From: Phoronis australis
Taxonomy: Eukaryota; Animalia; Phoronida
DNA: 64,000 nt
Reading direction: 5' to 3'
Assembly: GCA_002633005.1 (NCBI GenBank)
Contig: NMRA01000099.1
Coordinates: forward strand, 761,633 to 825,632
Shown: in pieces, positions 1-13,100 of the stretch
Layout of the letters: the number at the start of each line of letters is the position of its first letter
Position numbering within the stretch: position 1 is the stretch's first letter
Position numbers and translations under genes: made by a program
The notes under the pieces: generated by a model
Told to the model about the DNA's origin: nothing
What the model saw: the letters and a program-made list of their open reading frames with translations, nothing else
The model's database searches: none

Positions 1-535
1 AGCTAGAAACCTGGCTCAATGGTTTAGCAGTTTTGATAAATGTTAAAATTAAAAACCTTATAAATCACCAGCAGCAGTTTGGGAACTTAGGGTAGCTTCA
101 GTTTGGCACAGGCATCAGTTTAGCTCTAACAACCTGTGCCAAATTGAAGGGCACCAAATCAGTTTGGTGCAGAAATCAGTTTTGGCTGCAACAGTGCCAG
201 TGGCACTGTCTAGCTGGGTGGTTTCAGTCAAGTGACTGGAATATTCATGACCAGGTTTGAAACTGTTCCCTTTTGAAACACCTGATGATATAAGTGTGTC
301 TTTTTTCAAAAAAGTTGTAACCAGCAGACTAGACTTAGTGTAATTAAAGTGGTAACATATCAAACAGTTAAAGCAATCGAAATAACAGACCCATGTTTTA
401 CCCGACTGGCTGTAGGTTGACAAGAAACTTGTGTTTTTGGAAAAGTGTTGCATTTTAAAAGGTGGGGGGGGGCACTGCTACAATGTACTTGCGCCTTTTT
501 ATGTTTTTATGTGCTAGTAATGGCACTGTCCAGGA

Positions 536-1837
536 TAGCCTTGGTAAAAAGCTGTATACTAAATATACAGCTTTGCACCGATGTGGGTAAAGATGTGGTA
601 AGATAAAATCTGACACAAAATTTGTGTCATTAAAAACTAGGCTTCCTTGAGTAAACTAAATTATTTAACAGTGTTGGAAAAATGGCGTTCTACCGTTATT
701 CCACTGCTAAAGTTGTGAAGTGACCTTTAGCAACGGCTTTCGGCACCATCGTCACCTATTGGCCAGTATCTTCTTTCACCAATTCTTCAATCAACTGTAA
801 TGTTCTTTTACAAGGTTGAGTACATGTAACAACAAATTATCAGAACTGGTTTCACTTAATTATAAGTTTTTAGAATTTTGATGCCGAAAAACCGATTTTC
901 AGGAGAAATTTTGCTGCTGCTAAGCTATCATCATCTCCCGAGAGATGTCGCAAAAATTTAGGAAATGGCGCGTGTGCGTGACACGAGCGTACTGTTTTCA
1001 AAACGACGACATACTTTTCATGGTTAGAAAAGGCAGAGAGTTATGCAAGAAAATGACGTTTATTGCTTTGTTTTTCACTTAAACGTCTGTAACGGGCAAG
1101 GTGATCGATAGCCAGCCAGCTAGCTGTACGAAGACTGTCATCAAAATACAGCTAGGTGCCACTGTGTGTATTTCCGTAAACCCCGAAATTGCGCGCAGCC
1201 AGGGTAGTTCTGCTCGTCACGGCGCCGTGAAACTTGTATCAAAATGTAAAGCTAAAGACTGGACGGGTGCATGCAAAATCTGGGAATCAACCGATACTCA
1301 CCTTGCCTGTTACAGCCGTTTAAGTGAAAAACAATGCAATAAACGTCATTTTCTTGCGTAACTTTACGCCTTTTCTAACAATGAAAAGTATGTCATCATT
1401 TTGAAAATAATACACTCGTGTCACGCGCATACGCCATTTCCTAAATTTTCGCGACATCTTCGGAGAAGCAAAATTTGTTGAAATTCGGTTTTTCGGTATC
1501 GAAATTCTAAAAACTTGTAATGAAGTGAAACCAGTTCTAATAATTTGTTGTGACATGTACGCAAGCTCGTGAAAGAACAGCAGTTGATTGAAGAATCGGC
1601 AAAAAAGGAAACTGGCCAATAGGTGACGCAATATTTCATGGCGCCGAAAGCCGTCGCTAAATATCGCTCCACAACTTTAGCAGCAGAATAACGGTAGAAC
1701 GCCATTTTTTCCAACACTATCAAATAATTTTGTTTACTCAAAGAAGACTGTAGTTTTTAACTACACTAATTTTGTGATTTTATCTTACCACTTTTTTACC
1801 CACATCGGTGCAAGTATGAAGCTTTGTACCAAGGCTA
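536..1837. mobile_element. Fold-back non-autonomous DNA transposon with ~560-bp arms and TAG...CTA termini (Academ-like ends, family uncertain)
   Basis: TAGCCTTGGTAAAAAGCTGTATACT..TTGCACCGATGTGGGTAAA (536..~1100) is reverse-complementary to ~1296..1837; ~190-bp spacer. Confidence 0.8.
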
Positions 1838-1983
1838 GGTGATCGAGTGTCTGTTGATTCCCAGATTTTGCAGGCACCCCGTCCGGTCTTTAGCTTTACA
1901 TCTTGATACAAGTTTCACGGCGAGGTGACGAGCAGAATCACCCTGGCAGTGTGCAATTTCAGGGTCTACGGAAGAAATACAGT

Positions 1984-3284
1984 GGTATAGTCCGATTACC
2001 TCTCGTCGTCAGTCTCCAAAGGTCGTCCGCCATCTTGTTTCGCGTGCAGCGCTGCCACGCGGGACTTAGCATTCCAATTTGGAACGCTCGTCTGCACGTT
2101 AGGTACTAACCTCTCGGGAGAAACACGCGTGGAAGAACTGAGACTAAAATTAATGCATTTACCGACTGTTTTTTTGAGACCACTTAAAAACTTGTTGATT
2201 TTACTAATGCACTTTTTTGTTCNNNNNNNNNNNNNNNNNNNNNNNNNNNNNNNNNNNNNNNNNNNNNNNNNNNNNNNNNNNNNNNNNNNNNNNNNNNNNN
2301 NNNNNNNNNNNNNNNNNNNNNNNNNNNNNNNNNNNNNNNNNNNNNNNNNNNNNNNNNNNNNNNNNNNNNNNNNNNNNNNNNNNNNNNNNNNNNNNNNNNN
2401 NNNNNNNNNNNNNNNNNNNNNNNNNNNNNNNNNNNNNNNNNNNNNNNNNNNNNNNNNNNNNNNNNNNNNNNNNNNNNNNNNNNNNNNNNNNNNNNNNNNN
2501 NNNNNNNNNNNNNNNNNNNNNNNNNNNNNNNNNNNNNNNNNNNNNNNNNNNNNNNNNNNNNNNNNNNNNNNNNNNNNNNNNNNNNNNNNNNNNNNNNNNN
2601 NNNNNNNNNNNNNNNNNNNNNNNNNNNNNNNNNNNNNNNNNNNNNNNNNNNNNNNNNNNNNNNNNNNNNNNNNNNNNNNNNNNNNNNNNNNNNNNNNNNN
2701 NNNNNNNNNNNNNNNNNNNNNNNNNNNNNNNNNNNNNNNNNNNNNNNNNNNNNNNNNNNNNNNNNNNNNNNNNNNNNNNNNNNNNNNNNNNNNNNNNNNN
2801 NNNNNNNNNNNNNNNNNNNNNNNNNNNNNNNNNNNNNNNNNNNNNNNNNNNNNNNNNNNNNNNNNNNNNNNNNNNNNNNNNNNNNNNNNNNNNNNNNNNN
2901 NNTCGCATTTGTCTGCGGATTTTTCCTTTGGCCTTCTAGATCCTACTAGTGCCTGGGAAAAACAGATACATTGCATAAACAAACCCTGGATCTTGTTTTG
3001 TGTCCCGTCGGAAGAAAATTTAAATTCGAAAACATCTTCTGAAAACGCACAAAAAAGTGTATTAGTAAAATCTACTGATTTTTAAGTGGTTTTAAAAAAC
3101 AATCGGTAAACTCACCGATTTTTGTCTCATTACTTTGATACGTGTCTCTTCCGATAAGTTAGTACCTAACGTGCAGACGAGAACTCCAAATTGGAACGCT
3201 AAGTCCCGCGTGGTTGCGCTGCACGCGAAACAAGATGGCGGACGAACTTTGGAGCCTGACGAAAATAGGTAACCGGACGATACC
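1984..3284. mobile_element. Second fold-back element spanning gap 1
   Basis: 1984..2222 reverse-complementary to ~3046..3284 (e.g. CGCCATCTTGTTTCGCGTGCAGCGC / GCGCTGCACGCGAAACAAGATGGCG). Confidence 0.75.
2223..2902. other. Assembly gap (others: 29817..30135, 33934..34871, 38970..39256)
   Basis: Runs of N. Confidence 0.99.
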
Positions 3285-3626
3285 TAGCTGACAACAGTCT
3301 TCATACAGCTTTGTACCAAGGATAAGGCTACCTTGGCAAATACTAAAGATCGATGGATAGTTATTGTAGTCCATTTTCAGCCAGCCGAGTAGGAACTGAT
3401 TTTTGCCTAGCTGAACAGCTAACATTACGAATTTAGGATGTGGTGTGCCGTCGCGAAGTCACGCATCAACTTGAACCTCGATCTCCGCCGATTCACAACA
3501 CTACGACCGTACTAGATTAGTTAGCCTGTGCAATGTAGTGAGGGATTTACAACACCAACTTGCTACCAAAAACTTAGGCAGCTAATCAATAGAAATCATC
3601 TCAGCTCAATGTATACAAATTACCGG

Positions 3627-3770
3627 CCAATTTTCTTCGATTTCTTGATAGGTCTATTGCATTGCAAATCTCTTGGAAATCACCGCCGACCTCGTCACGT
3701 ATGAGCGGTAACTAAAGCGACATCTGCAGGCACTTTGAAAAGTTATACCCAAAGCCAACGTCACTTCCGT
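3627..3770 (+). promoter_or_regulatory. Putative NXN proximal promoter: CCAAT and overlapping ETS/CRE motif
   Basis: CCAAT at 3627..3631; ACGTCACTTCCG at 3758..3769 (reverse CGGAAGTGACGT), ~45 nt before the ATG; locally CpG-rich. Confidence 0.45.
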
Positions 3771-3814
3771 GTTGCCTCGCAAACAGGACGCGCTGTGCTG
3801 TCTGCTCTGAAGTC

Positions 3815-4105
3815 ATGGAGAAGTTGTTGGGGTCCAACGTTATTGATCAATCTGGAAAACAAGTGCCGTTTTCAAGATATGGAGGTGAAGGCAAATATGT
3901 GGGTCTGTATTTTTCTGCCCATTGGTGTCCACCGTGTCGATCATTTACGCCTGCAGCGGTCAATTTTTACAACCACATGAAAACCAAGAAAGGGGATCAG
4001 TTTGAAATGGTGTTCGTGAGCTCTGATCGTGACGAGGCTGCTTTCAAGGAATATTACGCTGAAATGCCATGGTTAGCCTTGGCATATTCAGAAAGAGATC
4101 GCAAG
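3815..4105 (+). CDS. NXN: NXN exon 1 (first Trx domain, WCPPC)
   Basis: ATG in AAGTCATGG context; MEKLLG...GLYFSAHWCPPCRSFTP...VSSDRDEAAFKEYYAEMPWLALAYSERDRK; donor AAG|GTTTGT. Confidence 0.95.
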
Positions 4106-7100
4106 GTTTGTAATTATGTTTTAAGTTAATGATTAGTGGTGTTGTAATGATAAGATTAGAAAGTGAGATTGCTGCACTTAGACTTAGTAGGCCTACCGAC
4201 CAGGCCAGGGTGCTGTCCTGTCGTGAATTTCTTGTTTTGTGGCAACACACTGTCATAAAGCCTCTAAATCCCTTGTCAATGGGGAATTGCCTACACCCAA
4301 TCAGTTTGGATGCTGGCTCACATGATAGAAATACTGTACTCAAATTTCAGTTGATGTGACTGGACCTAGAGCTCAATTTAAGTTTCCTTTTCTGGTTTAA
4401 TTAACAAACTGATTCATCCTCATACCAAAGATTGCTGAATTGAGTGTATCACAAACAAACATCAGGGGGATATAGTCATATATAATCAGCCAGAGCTGCA
4501 GTGGACGTATATTACTAGTCAAGTCTGATACTAATGGATGTCACTTGTAGTTCTTACTGCACAAGGGAATTTTGCTTTTCAGCAAATTTCACCTACCAAT
4601 TAATATTACACAACCAAAAGCAGTCATCGTTTGTGTTAACAGCTCAGATGTGTTGGTTTTACGAACCATGTAGGAATTCCAACATATCCTAACAATGTAA
4701 GGAATATTGTAACGATCTTTATGGGTATGACCGTTAAAATCATTTTCATGAAAAGAATCCTATCTCATGGTACCTAAACTTCATGGTTAACGGACTCATA
4801 AACAGGGTCACGGACGCATGAACACGACTCACGGACCTGCAAACACTGTCCACTGACTCAGAAACACTGGAACGGACTCACAAAACATGATCCATTCACC
4901 CAAATACACAGGACATGGACTCACATTGTTCGCAAAGAAACATGGTTTAGTAGTTTAGGTACCTTGTACCTTGACACCCTCTTACCAATTGAGATTGGTC
5001 AGCTTAACCGGTTTGCGTAAATCGGAATTTGCGATTATAGTCATATAGCCTCGGGCTGCTGTTATCATTCTCTAGATCATAAACACATTGGGGGGGGGAG
5101 GGGGTGACAAAAGTATTTTTCAAATTCTGATTTTGGAAGTTTGTCTCAATAACATTTGAATAATCCGTAAAAATACACTTAAGGATTTTGAATTTTGAAA
5201 ATCGCACATGAAATGTGACTCTTACAACCTAAAACTTCTGTACAGTGTTGCAAGATTATGGTTCTCATTAATTGTACTGGGTGTGCAAAATAATTGTGCC
5301 GACAATTACCAAACCATCAAGCAAGAGTTGACTTCTGATCGAGGTAGTGTCAATTTGTAATAAGTTTCCTAGTTTGGGCTGCCACTGTACCCTTGCTACA
5401 GCATCAAATGCTTTTATTTATCCAAACATGGATTTGATTTTAAAACTTGCGAAGACGAACATTGGATTCGCACTCAGTGCAATTCCTTTAGTGTTGCATT
5501 ATGTGGGAAATTCCTACAATTTGACCTGCGCCATGTAGGAACATTCGTACATCATGCAGGTAACTGCATGGTTCGGAATAATGGTAGTGTGCATACTACT
5601 TTTACTAATAGTTGGATCTACTCAGGTGTACGAGTAAAGTTCTGGGAGTTCCTGACTGTAAGCGCATATTATGAGTGCGCAGAGTCAGCACCCTTGAATT
5701 GTTCTCCAGTTAGTCCAGGATATTGTCGAATTTGTCAACTTAGGTGGCTTTAAATGACATTGAGAATCTGTTTAAAATCTTTTCTGTTCTATACCGCTAC
5801 TAAGTCTTTGACAACTGTTATGACAGTGTCCTGTCACATTATTCATCATTGTTATACTTAGCGAGTGGATTTTCAATAAGTTTTGTTTATTTCTGATTTG
5901 GTATAATGTGTTAGCGCATATTTAATCTCTTTGTGTTTTCATTTTTTGTTTCACTTCCTGGTACATAGCTTCATGGTCATACCACTCCCACACCACTGAT
6001 GATAGAGCTTTCGTTTGACTATCTGTGTAAGTCAACACTTGTGCGTGTCATCGGTTAAAACCGCGTTTCCTGTATGCATTGTTTGTGACTTGAGTTGTTG
6101 GCTCATTTGGCAACCATTCGAGATGGAATATGTGTTAAACCCCTTAGTGCTTCGGTTAAGAATTCAACATTGACTGCTAAACAGCAACAAAATCCCATTA
6201 CATTTGAAATTGCTGTTCTCTGAACTGTCCTTGAATTAATCATGAATTCTTACGTGGGCATGTGAAGCTTTCAGATACTGTGCTTTATACCACAATATTA
6301 ACCTCTAATGGCAGATACAACCGTGTAATAACCCATAAAGTTATCTCACTAATGAGATTACAGTTTGGCGGGAAACCAAGGCCAGATTCGAACCCGCACC
6401 TCAAGAGTTGCGAGTCGCCGACTTTACCACTACACCACTCAGTGGCTGACATCATCGAATGTGAAAATAGAATACTTAAATGAGTGCGCGCAACAATCGT
6501 GTGTTCAGCAAAGGGCACCAACATTTATACGCTATGAAAAATAAGACGCATAATTTCCATGAAAACAATACTTCAATTCAGTGAAATTTTTCTCTTGTGT
6601 TCTCTCACTTGTAAATCACCGATCTCCAATTTGAATGCAGGTATCGTGTCAGTTACTAGTGGTAACCAACTTTAGCAGACGATATTTTCCTGGTCAAAGC
6701 TTAGCGTGATAAAATGTGTAGTAAGCTATAGTTGCTAAACCTTAATTTATAGATTCACTTTATTTCTATTTTGTTTAAATTTTCAATTGGTTTTGAGTAT
6801 AAGCATTATTTGACAAAAATAGCTTGACTTTTCTTAAAAGGTCACGACCTTCGACCCCGGGCCCCTGATATAGAAAGTAGTTACAAAGCTGAGGCGAGTC
6901 GAGAAAGGTAGATTGATTCATTGCAATGTTTCCCGCTCAGTATCTGGTATAAATAGATTATTACATGTTCTCAGCTGTTATCCCCTTTATCTAAAGCCCT
7001 CGTGGATTTTGGAGAATTATCACCCTCGTGGCTAATGCCCCTCAGGCGATAATTCTCCAAAATCTACTCGGGCTCTAGATAACGGGGGATAACGACTTCA

Positions 7101-10100
7101 CCATGTAATAATCTATATTTATCCACTGTTCTACAAAAAGTCTTTGGGACTTATATTTTAAACGTTCCATTTTTCCATGAGGAGATATAAAAAACAAGAC
7201 ATTTATAATTTTCATGAGAAAATATACAGTTCGCTAAATTTGACCATTTTTCTAGGATCCAACATAACCTTACGGTTTTGAATTCTGTTTATAAATCAGT
7301 TATATATTGATGGGCTGTAAAAGCACAATGTCATCCTTGTTATTTTCAAATAACTTTCTGGGTGGATTACTGGAAAATAGATAAGATCAGCTTATTGTAA
7401 AGAATATGTAAAGATTTTTTTATGACGACTAGTTCTTCTTAGCATCCCGTTATTATTTCCTTTGTGGCCTAACTAAATTCTGATATGTTACCTCAGATAT
7501 GCTATAAAACTGTTGAAAGCCAGTCTGCATGAACACTATCACTGAATTCTTGTGACTATTTTAGTGATCATTAGATACCAGACATTGCATTTGTAACACA
7601 AGTCCAGTTGTACTGTCAGTGGTTAACTGCCCAAGGTGACTTTGGTATCGAAAACTAGTCCTGTTATACAGAAAGTCCTTATGACATTAAGCTCTTCACT
7701 GTGTTATTAATAGTCATTTTTTGATAAGAATGGGATAAGATTCTGGCCGAGTTGTATCAATTTATTGGAAAATACTCTCCCATTTTGGTTGATACATGAA
7801 TTCATATCAGGCTGATGATCAATGAATACCGTATCAGCCTTATATTTGTCAGCCTGTTATTATTTATAGTGTGATTTATGGAAAACCTCTTTTGATCATT
7901 ATCATTGCCCAACAATTAGAATTAAATCATGTATTGATGATAAACCTTGAATGGAAAATTATGTATTAACCCGGGTTTCACCGATTAGCATAGTGTCAAC
8001 TTGCCAAATGCGTCCTCATAAAATTTCCCTAAATTAAGCTATAGCCCAAAAAAGGGAACCTCATATGGAGATGGGCGAAGGTCTTGGTACCTACAAATGA
8101 CGCTTTAGTTGACAACTGTGGAAAATGCAAGAATGGGATATTGAAACTGAAGAATCTGTTACTACTGAGCAAATGTCTGTTGTAACAAACTCGAGGTCAT
8201 TCGCATGGCGTTCTCATGAGGACGATCTGTCGTTCAGCAACTTTTTCAGACATAAGGAGTGCTGAATGTGCGATAACATCTGGCTCTTTTGTTAACTGCC
8301 CAACTCAGTCTTTTGTAATGCATGACAACAAGCAGCCCAATCGATCTCACAGGCTTCAAAGGGTTACTGAAACCTGGCAGAATTTGTCTTAACTTCTGTT
8401 GTAGTTAGGTGATTTTGGAGATTCAAAACTAAATATGATCAGCATTTGACAAGGAATTCAATAACGTAGAAAATAAATCTGAAACTAAATAAGGCGATTC
8501 AGATCCTCCTAAGGATACTATTGTGTCACGAAATGTAGAATATAAATAGGTAAATAAAACAAAAAGAATGGATCAACTGAAATTTTCGGATGTAATAATG
8601 TCCTTTGTCAACAGAAACGGAAATAAAGTAAAATCAAACACTATATGACAATTGACATTTAAGATATGTTGTAATGAATATGATATATTTTTTGCGTAAA
8701 AAATTCAATGATATATTTTAAGAAGTTTTTATGTTCAATCCATGAGGTTCTATTGTATTGAGCTTATCTATCCAATATTGTTCTCTTTTGAGTCTGTGAG
8801 GGGTACTGGGGTGTTGGAGTTTTTCTATTATTTGTACAGAAAGATCTTGAATATTATGGTTTTTGGAATTGAAATAATTACCTACTATAGTATCAGAAAT
8901 GTTTTTATGTATTATGTTAAATCTGTGATTACGAAACTGAGTTTGTAGAGTTTGTCCTATGTATTGGATAGAACATTTATAAGGTAAATAATATTGTTGG
9001 TGGTGCAATCAAACCAATGCAAACTTTGAAATAAAACATTATTCTGATTGCACCACCAACAATATTGAATGGGTATCTTCAAGAAAGGAAATGGTTCAAA
9101 GTTAACCCGACGAACTTGTTTTACCCACTTGTTTCACATTTTCATATCTCTCGATTGATGTCGGGAAGGTGAAGAATTTCACATCACGCATCCACAGGTA
9201 TTTATCCAGTTTATCAAAATTCTCAAGTCGGAGTTGCAGCCCGCAGCACAGCAGTAATACTTCGTTAGCATTGGAAGGACAGATAGAGTAATGTCGCTAA
9301 GAAAAACTTGCAAAAAATCAGACAACAACAAAGAACATATTGAACTCAAATGACACGAAAACGAGGCACCAAATATGCCTGTCAGATGCTTATGGCATTG
9401 TGGGTAAGTACAGTGACATTTGAGTGTAGCTGTAAAATCCAGGTCGGCCCTATTGGATTTCGTGGGAGTAAAAGGCCTACTTACTTTGTTAGCTTGCTAA
9501 CTAGGAGGAAATGCTGCTTTGATATGACCTCTTATCAACCATTTGTATCATCATGTCATTCATATGAATTCATGGAAATGGTTGATATGAATTTGTATAA
9601 AAATCATTGATGACAAATTAGGATGAGCCAAAACTGCCCATGTAGAACAGCCCTGACTGAATTGATAATGTATTCAGAAGTCCCAGCAGTTTTTTGTGCG
9701 GATCTATTGGGCTTAGCTGATTTGTTTTATTATAGCACCGCCAGTTAGTCAGAAAGGATTTTAATTTAGAGTAATCACATAGAGATGTAAAAATGTCTCA
9801 GAACTTTTGTGACAGTGAGGTGTTCGCCATGGCAATGACATTGACGATGCTGAGAAATTATGGGATAGGGTGAATCAGTGATTGCTCTTGATTGACTTTG
9901 CCGATTCTTCTGTGTCAGTGGGCTAAGACGTCAAGCCTGTCGGAAGTTTTCATCAAGAACCAATCAGATGTTTTAGACAGGTGATCCCCTGAAACTGGTC
10001 AATCAAGGACTGCCAATGGCAATGTTGTTGTTGATGTTGTGTTGAAGACCTCAGGCCTAGTGCTGGGCTGTGGGACAGACAAGTGCTGGGTCAACAAACC

Positions 10101-13100
10101 TGAAGTGGGGAACTCACAATTCACTGACAGGCAGTTACTGCAGCATGGGGCAAGGGCCCTATGGTGCAATCTACGCAAGTTCTAGTCCTCATGGCGACCC
10201 CATGCATGTGAACTGTTTTCAGTCTTCATGATCACCAGCTTGTGAATATAGAGTCGCCCATCCCTTTGTATGAGCATGTTCTCATGATTAGGTTGTTATT
10301 ACTCCAAAGCAAAATACCAGTCAACATTCAGTGATTATTAATAATTTTACTACATAAAACAGTCCTTGTTTAGTTACACTGCCGATTGTCTGTCTGCACT
10401 GTCGCACAAAATCGGGATTAGTGAATGGGTTTTGGTTTTCAGTAGTCTTATATGTGTTAGTTAGGTGTGGCTTGTTGTTAGTGAGTCCAGATTCTCAGCT
10501 TTAAAAGTCTAATGTAGTGCCAATCCTCTATAAACAGGAAAATCAATAACCTTATACTTATTTGAGTCTCTAGGGGTTTTCTGCCTTGCCAAGTATACTA
10601 GAAACCTACAAAAGAAGAAGTAAATTGCTTTAAAACATTACTTCTTTCTCTCTTCCTTCTCCCTCTCCTCCGCTCAGCCTCCCCATGAATGGGATATACG
10701 TATTCCAAGGTTCCATATATTTTGTTTAATGTGAATGTATTTCAGTGAGGTTTCTCATGAAAATTGTTGCGCAAACCAGCTCAAACTGTCTTCGCTTGTT
10801 ATTTTAAAGATTTACTGCATTACCTCAGAACTCAAAAACCATGTTTAATCCGCTGAAAATTATAAACTTGGTATAAAAATTGCTTAATTTGGCATTTTCT
10901 GTTTTATCAAAGGCTCGACTACTACATTGCTGCAAATGTTGACAATTATATCGATTGTTATTTGAAAACAACTTGCAAACCATGCAAAAATAAAAAGTAA
11001 AGCTTTCTTAATTTTTACGTTCATTGTGGAAGTTGTCACAATACTGTTTTTCTGCCATATTGTGGCCAAAAGTGAAGAACTTGTACTGCAAGTAATTTCT
11101 CAATTCCTATTTCTGTTTAGGAATTTGACAAATTTAGTATTTCAGTTTGGAGTTTTAACAGTTGCAAAAACATGATTTGAATCTCCTTTTCACACCGCCT
11201 AGTCAAAGGTTACCTAGTACTTTTGTGGGCGCATGACTTTATTTCAACATGTAACCTTGTTCGTATCTGTTAGGTGTTAAGTAGTCATTATTCACACCTG
11301 TTTCTAACCCTGAGTGACAGAGCTGTGCTATTTTTAGTGTTTATGATTTTTTGTTTTATCCTGACTTGAACTTGTTGACTACCAGCTATCATTGACTGAT
11401 TTTTCAAGTGAATGATCATCTGCTCCTTATTCCTTTAGTTTTTATAATGTCCAAAAGGTGGGGTATGGCTACTTTTTATTCATGCCCTGATGGAGTTACT
11501 GGATTTGATTGCTCGACTGCAAAATATGAATCACTACATTTTCATATCACCAACAGTTTTCTTGCACTAATGAGACACTGTTTGTCAGGTTCATTCACTC
11601 AACTTACAGATTCAGTGAGTGGCCAAGTGATATGTCAAATCGCGTTTACAACAAGCAAACCCTCCCAGAGCTTTCCTAACTATGCAGAGCAATTCATATA
11701 CTGTTCACTTGGCTTCGAAGTCTTAATTGTGACTTGTGGAATGAAGCTGTTAATATAAGGGAGCAAATTTATGAAATCAAGCTTGTTTTAACCTGGTCCC
11801 ACTGTAGTTTTGAATACATTAATGTCACAGCTGTTTAAAATTCCAACTTAGATAATTTATTAACTGGCATCTGAGCTGAGGTAACAGGTGAATGACTATT
11901 GGCTGATTTCATGGCGGAGTGGTCATTGTGAGTGAATCCAAAGGGTTCGTTGATGTCCCAGCACAGTGATGTCAAGCTACTGCTCATCTTTTAATTCCAG
12001 TTAATTCTATGCCTTTTATTTTTAATGCAGCAGTTGTTTTAAAAATGCAAATGCATTTCATTCGATGTTTTACTGCGATTTGAAAGCCTGCCCAAGTCAT
12101 GTTTGATATGTCATATTTTGAAAGGATTCTGATTCTTCATGATTTATTCTATATTTAAAGCAGGGTTTACTAATTTGGCAAAATCTTGGTTTCTTTTTTT
12201 CCGTGGTTTGCCAAGAATTTGACATTTTATGGCTGTGATTTGCCAAGTTATTAAAGGGAGTGTCATTAATCGTTTTGTTGTATTCTATACTCTATACATA
12301 TATACATAATTCAGATTGGCTTCATGCATAATATCACAAAAAAATATTTCAGTTAATGTAATGTTTTCAATCATCAATAGCCATTTTCCAAAATAGAGGT
12401 GTCTTGATGAAGTACTTTGTCACTAGATGGCATTAGGATACTTAGGCGGTGGATGGTTTGACTTTATCATATGGATTTAAATGAAGTGGGATCTTTTCAA
12501 GTGGTAGGATATTCAAACGATTGCAAGGCTCGACACTTAACATGACGTTAGCTCGCCAGATGTGACCTAGCAAAATACCCAGGTCACAACATGACCCAAA
12601 CAGCCCCCCGTCTGCGGTAACATGCGAAAGTCCTGGCCTCCACAAACAACGCAGACGGTCAAAACATGCTTGTGAATGAGTCACGAACGGGCCTTTCTGG
12701 TTTTTGACGTACAATTACGCCTTCCATCTGTTTATTTCCTGTAGTATTATGAGCTCTTATTATGATGTGCATGTGACGACTTCGTGATTACATGGGATTT
12801 TTTCTAGGTCAGCAAATTTGAGGTCGCATAGGGGAACTGCAGGTCGCGAAATCGGGTCCTGAATTCATACAAAAATGTCCAACATCTAGAAATGGGCATG
12901 AATGAAAGAAATTGTATTTCGTCTTGGTCAATTGAGCCCATCTTGTTCTAGGTCAAGTGAATGGGGCTTTTGTGCTCTCACACCCCTTAAGCAGCTCAGA
13001 TAGGCATATTCTTCTCATACAGAGGCACAAATGCCTCAGCAGAATAAATGCCTTCCTCAGCAAGTAGTGGGACGCCACATACGTGTGTATTTTAAGTCCA

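Noticed and set aside
3400-3814. ChoRE (two E-boxes spaced by 5 nt) in the NXN promoter
   Set aside because: Only partial CACG half-sites seen; no proper tandem E-box
6374-6446. Functional tRNA gene
   Set aside because: A/B boxes present but anticodon and acceptor stems pair poorly; better explained as a SINE head or pseudogene
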